Shown: piece after piece, positions 49,057 through 55,853 of the stretch
How the letters are laid out: the number at the start of each line of letters is the position of its first letter
Position numbering within the stretch: the first letter of the stretch is position 1
Origin: a virus
Reading direction: 5' to 3' (one strand)
Length of the DNA: 64,000 bases
Virus record (IMG/VR): IMGVR_UViG_3300017992_000021
Coordinates: 13,060-77,059 of that record
Translations under genes and position numbers: made by a program
Notes under the pieces: model-generated
Database searches by the model: none
Seen by the model: the letters and a program-made list of their open reading frames with translations, nothing else
Told to the model about the DNA's origin: nothing

Positions 49057-51063
49057 TTACGGTTGTCCGTCAATGGCGTAGAAAGGCATCTTTGGAGGTG
49101 CGCCCTGCTGTTCCTTCGCTGTGCGCCAGTTCTGCATGGCGATGTGCTCGTCCACACCCTCTTCCCGCGTCTGCTGGGTGACGAAAGAATACATGTCCGG
49201 ATTACGCTTCAAAAGGTGTTTAATAGCCATTTGCGCGGCGATACCACGATTGAGATCCAGCGAGAGGCGCTGTAAAAAGGCAAGACAGTCCACCGTACCA
49301 TCCACGGTATCGTCGTGTGCCGCCTGCGGGAATTTCGTGAGTTCCTCAAAACATTCATCGATGTCTTTTTTCGCTAAAGACGGATGCGAGGTGAGCGGGA
49401 TATAGAATTGACCACGTTCTACGAGCGGGGACACTCCCAGAGCACGCGTGGTCTTGTCAGTCTTGCCACGCTTAACCTCGAACACTGGTGCGAAAAATCC
49501 AAACATGACGGATAATTCGTTGAGCGTGTCAGCAAGTACCTTCTGGTATGCCACACTCTCCACGAGGAAACCCATGTGCCGGAAGGGTCTCGTACCTTCG
49601 ACAACCGGATCGCCTTCGCCTACCTTCCCCGACGGCCAGTACCGCCCACCGAATTGATGGTTGTACGCAACGAAGTGCTTGAACATCAAGCGCATCTGCG
49701 TAGCAAAGCTGGCCCGCACACGATCGACGTCCACCAGATAATACCGACGCTGGTTGGGGGAATACCCCGCCGTAACGATCGCTGTGTAATCCCGGTCAGA
49801 TTTCTCTGCGGATTTTCCACGTGAACCGGCAGGATCGATCGCAGTAACAACGATGAGGTCATCAGGCAGAATCTCGTAATGCATGCCCACCGAACGCAAG
49901 TACTCCTCTTGCATGGGCGTGAAGAACGTAGCATCCGAAATCCAGTATCGGAACCAATCGGGGTGGAAATACCTTGTGCTGTCGTCCAGCGGATTAAGTA
50001 AGAACTCCTTCGAGAACGCCAGCGAGCCAATGTCGTTCTTTTTCCAGTACAGATACGAGAGATAATAAATCTCATCCGGATCTGCGGTGCGGAGTTCCTC
50101 ATCCGTGTACGGCCTGCCGGTACGGTCTACCGGGCGGTTCATATCAGGCTGCGACCAGTATTCCGGCCACAATGGGTTGACTGGGTTCAATTGCTCATCG
50201 AACCCATCACACGCAGGCATCTTGACCTTCATCCACAACGCCGTGCGGGTGGTGTCTTTCCACAACCGCATAACGAGGTCGTCGTCATGAACGGTCGTGC
50301 CTACGATAATGATGTTGCCGACGCCAGTCTCGGGCACGTTGTAGGCTGCACTGAAGAACCAGTTCCACAGCTTGTCACGCACCTCCTGCGTTTTGACGTC
50401 CTTGTCTTCGATGACGTCATCGAAGATCAGCAGGTCGGGGCGGTACGATTTCAGCGTACGGTACCTAACTCGACCTCGCCGGTCACGCTTGATGAAATCC
50501 CGAGCTAGATCCTCGGGCAGCGATTCGTTGGTACCACGGACAGACCCGCCGACACCTGCGGTGAACACAACGACCTGATTGGTTGTCTTGATGTAGCGGG
50601 TACGCCACGTCTCTTTCTGGTTGATCCTGTCAAATCCAACCAAGTCACCGAAGCACGCCCGAATGCGATGATTGTGCTCCAGTTCAGTCCTGATTTTGTT
50701 GAGGAACTTCTCAGCGTTGGGTGCCGTAGTGGAAACGATGCCAATGTGGCGCTTGCGCCGGTAGCAGATATTCCACAGGACGTAGGCGAAATTGAATAGC
50801 GTTGATTTTCCATGCTCACGTGGGAGTAAGAACAGCGCGTGTCTGCCGGGCCTCAGGTTCTGCAGGTCCTTCTGTATTTTCCTGTGGAAATTACCGAAGT
50901 CCCGCGTGAAGTGCTCTCTCAGAAAATACCGGCAGAAAAATCCGAAGTCATGAGAGAGTTCGACAGCGATCGACAGGTTATTCTCAAAAGCGTGAACGTC
51001 TACCCACACCTCTGGCGGTGCTTCTTGTACGGGTGCGGGCATTAATTCAGCTACTGGAGTCAA
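49057..51063 (-). CDS. terL: terminase large subunit
   Basis: Walker A PREHGKS, Walker B LLIFDD, coupling motif VGTT, RNase H AIDPA...RDYTA...HDDTVD. Confidence 0.95.
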   Translation of the reverse strand: MTPVAELMPAPVQEAPPEVWVDVHAFENNLSIAVELSHDFGFFCRYFLREHFTRDFGNFHRKIQKDLQNLRPGRHALFLLPREHGKSTLFNFAYVLWNICYRRKRHIGIVSTTAPNAEKFLNKIRTELEHNHRIRACFGDLVGFDRINQKETWRTRYIKTTNQVVVFTAGVGGSVRGTNESLPEDLARDFIKRDRRGRVRYRTLKSYRPDLLIFDDVIEDKDVKTQEVRDKLWNWFFSAAYNVPETGVGNIIIVGTTVHDDDLVMRLWKDTTRTALWMKVKMPACDGFDEQLNPVNPLWPEYWSQPDMNRPVDRTGRPYTDEELRTADPDEIYYLSYLYWKKNDIGSLAFSKEFLLNPLDDSTRYFHPDWFRYWISDATFFTPMQEEYLRSVGMHYEILPDDLIVVTAIDPAGSRGKSAEKSDRDYTAIVTAGYSPNQRRYYLVDVDRVRASFATQMRLMFKHFVAYNHQFGGRYWPSGKVGEGDPVVEGTRPFRHMGFLVESVAYQKVLADTLNELSVMFGFFAPVFEVKRGKTDKTTRALGVSPLVERGQFYIPLTSHPSLAKKDIDECFEELTKFPQAAHDDTVDGTVDCLAFLQRLSLDLNRGIAAQMAIKHLLKRNPDMYSFVTQQTREEGVDEHIAMQNWRTAKEQQGAPPKMPFYAIDGQP

Positions 51064-51066
51064 ACG

Positions 51067-51097
51067 AAAACCCCCTGTGCCGGGCTAACACAGAGGG
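51067..51097 (-). terminator. terminator-like hairpin immediately upstream of terL
   Basis: CCCTCTGTG...CACAGGGGG followed by TTTTCGTTT. Confidence 0.6.
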
Positions 51098-51186
51098 CGT
51101 TCGACAGGTAAGAACAGACGCCTTAAACGGGAGCGGAGGGCATGTGTGAGGTGAGTGCGTGGCCCCGTCGCTAGCGCATCGTCGAA

Positions 51187-51216
51187 ATTCTACTCCACCC
51201 TCTGTATTGGTGTCAA
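51187..51216 (-). promoter_or_regulatory. sigma70-type promoter
   Basis: TTGACA-18 nt-TAGAAT. Confidence 0.7.
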
Positions 51217-51219
51217 CCT

Positions 51220-52266
51220 CTATTCTGCCTTTGCATTTTCCATGTCGGTCATAACCTGATTTCTAATGGGCTCATTTTCAGCGAGCACGACTGACGCTGC
51301 CGCCATCAAATAAGCCCTATGAGAATTCTCTTTATTTCCGAGATTCAGGTCAAGTAGTTGATAACTCTGCGAGGCCCGCACCGTGGGATTGGATTCGAAA
51401 CGTCCGTCTTGCTCAATCATCTGAATGAGAGCACCATCGGGTAGAGAATTGAGCACTTGCCCGTACTGTCGCAGTGAAGCCTGAGCGGATACCCGCACGA
51501 TCGGATTTTCATTGGGCTGCGGCTGTGGTTCTGCGGGTGTTTCGAAGGGCGAGGGTAGCTCCACCTGCTCCGAGGCATCAGCAGGCCCTGCGGGAGCCTG
51601 CTCCTGATGCGGCTGGTCATCGGGATTAGCCGTCGCAGGTGGAGTTTCCTCAATCGGCTCCGCTGGTGGGGTTGGCGGAGTCGGGTTCAAAGCGAGTTCC
51701 GGAGCGGTCTCGTTGATCTTGTCGAAGTCGACAGGTTTCAAACCGGGTTGAGTTTCCGACAGCACGCCGGGTACCGGTATTGCAACCGGCTTCCGACTAT
51801 CGATGATATCCTCAACTTGTCCAACCGTAGGTTCGGGCGCTTGAGGGATCGAGTTCTCTTTCTTCGCTCGCCTCCGGTCTAGTTCTTCATGAGCATCGGT
51901 AGGTAAGATGGGGTTTTTACCGTTTGCTATGACTGTCTCCGCACGACGCTCCTCAGCCTGTTCGAGATCCGCTATTGCAGATTCACGTGCTTCGCCAAGC
52001 GTCATCTTCTTGCCTAGCGGATTACGTACGGGCTCCAACTGACTCTCGTGTTCATCCAGCGGCTCGCCCGGATAGAGGTCCTGCCCTACGGGCTCTACCG
52101 CAGGTACAAGCGTGAATTCTTGTCCATCCGCCGGTGGGATTGTGGAGCCTTGCGGCATCTTCACCATTTTCACAGCGACTACTTGAGGCCGCTTACGCAG
52201 CATATAGTCAACAAGCATCATGGTCGGTACTTCACCGAGCATCTCATCAAAACGTGTATCAGGCAT
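51220..52266 (-). CDS. Pro/Glu-rich hypothetical protein upstream of terL
   Basis: RBS GATGGAGAG; long disordered middle. Confidence 0.65.
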   Translation of the reverse strand: MPDTRFDEMLGEVPTMMLVDYMLRKRPQVVAVKMVKMPQGSTIPPADGQEFTLVPAVEPVGQDLYPGEPLDEHESQLEPVRNPLGKKMTLGEARESAIADLEQAEERRAETVIANGKNPILPTDAHEELDRRRAKKENSIPQAPEPTVGQVEDIIDSRKPVAIPVPGVLSETQPGLKPVDFDKINETAPELALNPTPPTPPAEPIEETPPATANPDDQPHQEQAPAGPADASEQVELPSPFETPAEPQPQPNENPIVRVSAQASLRQYGQVLNSLPDGALIQMIEQDGRFESNPTVRASQSYQLLDLNLGNKENSHRAYLMAAASVVLAENEPIRNQVMTDMENAKAE

Positions 52267-52429
52267 CGAACTCTCCATCGCGAAGAACATCCAAAAGAAC
52301 AGTTTCTTTTTTGTAGGTCTCTTCGAAGTGAGGTTGGAATTCAGGGACTAGGACCTGAGCGCGCTTGAAAAATCGTCGGATCATCCGCCGCTTGCGCCAG
52401 CCCCATATCCATTTGATCAGCCTGAACAT
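52259..52429 (-). CDS. hypothetical protein
   Basis: RBS GATGGAGAG. Confidence 0.55.
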   Translation of the reverse strand: MFRLIKWIWGWRKRRMIRRFFKRAQVLVPEFQPHFEETYKKETVLLDVLRDGEFDA

Positions 52430-52458
52430 CAAACTCTCCATCGAAAAGAGTTGAAAAA

Positions 52459-52800
52459 TTAATCGAGGAATTTCACCTCGAAGTCATCTCGGACTTGCAG
52501 CTTCAAGACATCCTGCACAGCACCATCAAGACTCTTGAACGAGCCGATGTTATCCCAACCACTGTGCTCGCCGGGCACGTAAGCGGTCCAGTAGTCTTCA
52601 GCGACCATCTTTACGAAGCCGAGCAAGGATTTGGTGATGTTGTGCTGCTGTGGGTCTTTGTACAGGGCTTCAACGAAATAGGAGTCGTCAAGCAGTTCGT
52701 CACTACATTGACCTTCGTCTTTATCCTGCCAAGTGATGAAATACTTGTTGTCAGCGTGGTCAGTGTGAACCCTGATAGACGGGACGCTAGGAGCCTTCAT
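52459..52800 (-). CDS. hypothetical protein
   Basis: RBS GGAGAGG. Confidence 0.6.
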   Translation of the reverse strand: MKAPSVPSIRVHTDHADNKYFITWQDKDEGQCSDELLDDSYFVEALYKDPQQHNITKSLLGFVKMVAEDYWTAYVPGEHSGWDNIGSFKSLDGAVQDVLKLQVRDDFEVKFLD

Positions 52801-52865
52801 AGTTACCTCTCCATCGAAAAGAGTTGAACTACTAAATCTGCATGAATTAGTAATTCATTAGTATT

Positions 52866-52940
52866 TGGATGCGGCGGAAGGACTCGAACCTTCGACGGGA
52901 GGATCAAAACCTCCTGTGTTACCGATTACACCACGCCGCA
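52866..52940 (-). tRNA. tRNA-Gln(TTG)
   Basis: TGCGGCG/CGCCGCA acceptor, GGAGG-TTTTGAT-CCTCC anticodon arm, GAAGG-TTCGAGT-CCTTC T-arm, encoded CCA. Confidence 0.96.
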
Positions 52941-53046
52941 GCCGTGGTATCAGAAATGTCAAAAAGCGACCCCAAAAGAGACCGCCAGTACGCTAGCAAA
53001 AAAGTATCTAGGGATTTTGGGAAACTTTTTCATTTTTGTCAAGGCT

Positions 53047-53220
53047 TTTCCGTGGTTGGACGCTAGCCGACTCCATCACAGGTTCGAGCTACCTTCAGGC
53101 GCACGCAGCCCTTTTTACGGTCCGTGAGCCTAAAACGGCGTGGCAATCGCCGACGTGCTTTGCTGTCCGCCCACGGACACGGAGCCGGTAGCTGGGTCTT
53201 GCCATGACCCCCAACCGAAA
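53047..53220 (-). ncRNA. uncharacterised highly structured RNA with kissing loop and pseudoknots
   Basis: Helices GGTTGG/CCAACC, GGGTC/GACCC, AGCTACC/GGTAGCT, GTCCGTGGGC/GCTCACGGAC, CGGCG/CGCCG; complementary loops TGGCAA and TTGCCA. Confidence 0.7.
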
Positions 53221-53227
53221 AATAAAC

Positions 53228-53323
53228 AGGGCGTGAGCAGGAATCGAACCTGCGGGTAGGCATATCCGGAATACAGCCCACAGCCATCTTTCAGGCCGCG
53301 TTTACCACTTCGCCATCACTCCC
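53228..53323 (-). ncRNA. class-II tRNA-like RNA with aberrant anticodon arm and very long variable arm
   Basis: D-arm GCGAAGTGGTAAACGC, T-arm GCAGG-TTCGATT-CCTGC, acceptor GGAGTGA/TCACGCC; no CCA. Confidence 0.8.
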
Positions 53324-53335
53324 TGCCAAAGAGCA

Positions 53336-53401
53336 AGCCTCATCGTCCCTTGTGGAGAAAGCGCGCCATCTTTATCAGGCAAACCATTTTACGACGAGGC
53401 T
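53336..53401 (-). ncRNA. hairpin RNA carrying a GCCTGA...GATGGC motif
   Basis: 11-bp closing stem AGCCTCGTCGT/ACGATGAGGCT; internal GCC-TGATAAAGAT-GGC. Confidence 0.6.
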
Positions 53402-53405
53402 AATT

Positions 53406-53475
53406 TGGTGGAGGCGGAGGGAGTTGCACCCTCGTCTTCGACACCACTATGTGTCGAGCGTTCCTACGCGCCCCC
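53406..53475 (-). ncRNA. minimal tmRNA-like RNA (tRNA-like domain only)
   Basis: GGGGGCG/CGCCTCC-A-CCA with G3:U70, stemless D-loop, GAC-GAGGG-TGCAACT-CCCTC; 7-bp hairpin in place of the mRNA-like domain. Confidence 0.8.
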
Positions 53476-53555
53476 GGTAGCACGGGCAGAGGTGATCTGT
53501 GTTCAACTGCGTTACCCGATGCCTGCGGGGTTCTAACCACATGACACCGCCGTGC
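53476..53555 (-). ncRNA. degenerate tRNA-like element
   Basis: GCACGG/CCGTGC-TACC closing stem, TGGTTAG D-loop-like segment, CCCG-CAGGCAT-CGGG arm; no TTCRA T-loop. Confidence 0.4.
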
Positions 53556-53560
53556 GATAC

Positions 53561-53637
53561 TGGTAGCGGGGGGTGGATTCGAACCATCGACCTTCAGGTT
53601 ATGAGCCTGACAAGCTGACCAACTGCTCTACCCCGCA
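53561..53637 (-). tRNA. initiator-type tRNA-fMet(CAT)
   Basis: U1xU72 mismatch, GCGGGG/CCCCGC, TCAGG-CTCATAA-CCTGA, TTCGAAT T-loop, A73-CCA. Confidence 0.93.
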
Positions 53638-53642
53638 GTATT

Positions 53643-53852
53643 TCAAATGTCAATTACCGCATTACGCATAGCCGGTGAGAGTACATGCATCTTGCGCTGT
53701 TCATCACGGACACGCTCGCACTCTTCAGCTACCTTGCGGCCTTCCTCTTCCCAATTGGGCGGAGGGTTCTTCGGAGCCCTTAACGCAGAGAAATCGATCT
53801 CTCCGTCTTTAGCCCACTCAATGATTTCAATTTCATCGCCCATGTCAGTCAC
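53643..53852 (-). CDS. hypothetical protein
   Basis: Tightly packed accessory operon. Confidence 0.5.
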   Translation of the reverse strand: MTDMGDEIEIIEWAKDGEIDFSALRAPKNPPPNWEEEGRKVAEECERVRDEQRKMHVLSPAMRNAVIDI

Positions 53853-54027
53853 AATGTTTATACCGATTCTCGCCTAGCCCTCTCGTGGCTTGCATCCGCT
53901 GCTTGGCCTGATGCTGCGGTCTGGTCTTACGCTCGTAATCGCGTTTGCCTTCAGGTGTAGTCAATCTCTCCTCAATGGCATCGAGAATGACTCTCCCTTC
54001 AGGACTCGGTTTCAGGTTCATTGCCAT
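53845..54027 (-). CDS. hypothetical protein
   Basis: TAATG overlap with the upstream gene. Confidence 0.5.
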   Translation of the reverse strand: MAMNLKPSPEGRVILDAIEERLTTPEGKRDYERKTRPQHQAKQRMQATRGLGENRYKHCD

Positions 54028-54230
54028 TACAACCACCTGTACAGGAACGGACAATCAAAATCACGGACATGAGCCAGCACTTCATAGTCGCCATCACGCA
54101 GAGCGGCACGAATCTGCCTACGCACACCTCTGTTTGTCAAACGCCTATGCTGTTGCCTTGGGTTCGACCAGATCCCGTTAAAGCGCCTGCGATAGCGCAG
54201 GGTATGCTCTCGTGTGCCGCGTAAAATCAT
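54027..54230 (-). CDS. small Arg-rich hypothetical protein
   Basis: RRLTNRGVRR motif; co-oriented. Confidence 0.55.
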   Translation of the reverse strand: MILRGTREHTLRYRRRFNGIWSNPRQQHRRLTNRGVRRQIRAALRDGDYEVLAHVRDFDCPFLYRWL

Positions 54231-54241
54231 CGTCCCACTAG

Positions 54242-54718
54242 TTACAGTACACTCTCAGGTAATGCGTTCTGCTGAAACAGCATAAGCTCCCGAGCGTGCG
54301 ACTGCAAGAGCGTATCGCCGTGCTCACGAAGCAGGTGCACTACGTCTGTGCCGTCGATGCCCTCGTAGACCCAGACCTCTTCGTTTGTGCTGTCGAGTGT
54401 AAGGCCATCGGGCAGCGCCTCGGCCAGCCCACGTGACGCCATGCTTTCCAGCATGCTTGCGCGTGTGATCTGTGCAGGCACGTTAAAGCCTGCTAGTTCC
54501 CCGCCCAGCGAGGCCACATTTACATGCGCCACGAACAATGCGTCACCGATGTTCTTGTCCATCTTGGCGGACGATTCGCCTTCAGCGTAGTACCACTCGT
54601 CATCGATCAATGACATATTCAACGGCAGAGGCACAAATCCCTGCACGGTCATGTTGGTAATCACGTCCTGCCGGGTCGTACCTTCAGGCAACGTGAGTCC
54701 TTTGAAGTAGTTAGCCAT
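54242..54718 (-). CDS. hypothetical protein
   Basis: RBS GAGGG; overlap with the upstream stop. Confidence 0.65.
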   Translation of the reverse strand: MANYFKGLTLPEGTTRQDVITNMTVQGFVPLPLNMSLIDDEWYYAEGESSAKMDKNIGDALFVAHVNVASLGGELAGFNVPAQITRASMLESMASRGLAEALPDGLTLDSTNEEVWVYEGIDGTDVVHLLREHGDTLLQSHARELMLFQQNALPESVL

Positions 54719-54947
54719 CCTGTTTTTCCCTCAGAAATTTCAGAGCGTGTTCCTCTTTACGGAACCAAGCTTGCTGCATGCATATCATACGAACATCCGG
54801 GCGCTTGGGCCGCAGAAAAAGGTCGCCCTCGTCATTGACGTGAAAACCGTCACGAGTGTCGCCCTCGATGAGATGCTTCATCACCCACGTCTTTTTCACG
54901 TAATCGTAGTAGACGGTCCATATTTCGGTTGCACGTATTTTTTCCAC
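54711..54947 (-). CDS. hypothetical protein
   Basis: GTG start after GAGGGG. Confidence 0.6.
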   Translation of the reverse strand: MEKIRATEIWTVYYDYVKKTWVMKHLIEGDTRDGFHVNDEGDLFLRPKRPDVRMICMQQAWFRKEEHALKFLREKQDG

Positions 54948-55062
54948 GGTGTACCCCTCTCATAGCAGCGGGACCGCTCGATCGGTGAATAAGCGGTCCC
55001 GCACTCGACCGCTTATCAAGACCCGTGCGGTTAAGTCTCGAAAGCGGGAGGTTCACCATTAT

Positions 55063-55389
55063 CTACGATTTGATTCCGAAATATTCGTCGAAGAAGAGAT
55101 CCGCGTCCTCAACGCCGCTCTCAAGCTCAGCGTGCTTACGCATCTCCTTGATGTGCCAATGGTCACTCGTGACTCGCTGCGTGAACACGAAAGTGGGATC
55201 ACATGAACCACAGGCGTACTTTGCGACGTCGATTGGCAACGTAAGATCAAACTTGCGGTAAACCAGTTTGCCTTTTACCCCTCTCACAAGCTCACTCTCA
55301 CTGAAACCATGCGTCAGCGTACGAGGGTACCAATCCTCAAAAAGCTCACTCTGCCGGATTTCTAATTTAAGTACGTCACCAATTTTCAT
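55063..55389 (-). CDS. hypothetical protein
   Basis: TAATG overlap. Confidence 0.55.
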   Translation of the reverse strand: MKIGDVLKLEIRQSELFEDWYPRTLTHGFSESELVRGVKGKLVYRKFDLTLPIDVAKYACGSCDPTFVFTQRVTSDHWHIKEMRKHAELESGVEDADLFFDEYFGIKS

Positions 55390-55853
55390 TATTCAATGAC
55401 CCCGTAGTGGCGCATTACCCTATCAAAATCTGACGCCTTGATTCTCGCCCGGCGCACGCACACATCCCGCAACTGCTTGTACCCAGTAGGACCAAGCTCC
55501 TTAAGACGCTGAACCGCACCAATCCCGAACATAAAACATTCAAGACGGTCAACGGGTTTGATTTCGCTAATTTTGTAACGACGGCCTACGTATATCTGCT
55601 CAGCACCCACTATAACTTTCCGAGCATAAGCGAGTCCTCTCCGACGCGTAGGCGGCACTGAGGGTGTGCAACAACCGCTACCCCACCAGTCCAGATCGCA
55701 ACTGTTCAGAATTTCACACACGAGGTACTCACGCGGCTTACCGGGCACTCGGTTACTCTCGCACTCCGGCCCGATCCAGTACCGCAGATTAGGCGTTACA
55801 TAGAGCAGCCCGTGTTGAATACAGATGATTTCAGGCTTTTTGGTCTTCGCCAT
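55389..55853 (-). CDS. Cys-rich hypothetical protein
   Basis: ATG after RBS GGAGAGG. Confidence 0.55.
   Translation of the reverse strand: MAKTKKPEIICIQHGLLYVTPNLRYWIGPECESNRVPGKPREYLVCEILNSCDLDWWGSGCCTPSVPPTRRRGLAYARKVIVGAEQIYVGRRYKISEIKPVDRLECFMFGIGAVQRLKELGPTGYKQLRDVCVRRARIKASDFDRVMRHYGVIE

Noticed and set aside
51220-52266. Terminase small subunit call
   Set aside because: Only the position supports it; no HTH or TerS motif, and the protein is largely low-complexity.
52941-52962. TTGACATTT..ATAC immediately upstream of both tRNA-Gln and tRNA-fMet as promoters
   Set aside because: The spacing puts the -10 inside the tRNA, so they cannot drive full-length transcripts; the similarity may be chance.
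53047-53220. SRP RNA, 6S RNA, cobalamin riboswitch or theta/HDV ribozyme identity
   Set aside because: It lacks the SRP helix-8 motif, the symmetric 6S bubble and the B12-box, and is larger than and not abutting a tRNA 3' end as theta ribozymes are. This is a by-eye judgement; an Rfam search is still needed.
52869-53287. ORFs 52869-53066 (+) and 53063-53287 (-)
   Set aside because: They overlap tRNA-Gln and structured RNAs and have no RBS or protein-like features.
53228-53323. Calling this unit tRNA-Phe(GAA) or a suppressor tRNA
   Set aside because: No 5-bp stem with 7-nt loop, the body is class II, the acceptor is mismatched and CCA is absent.
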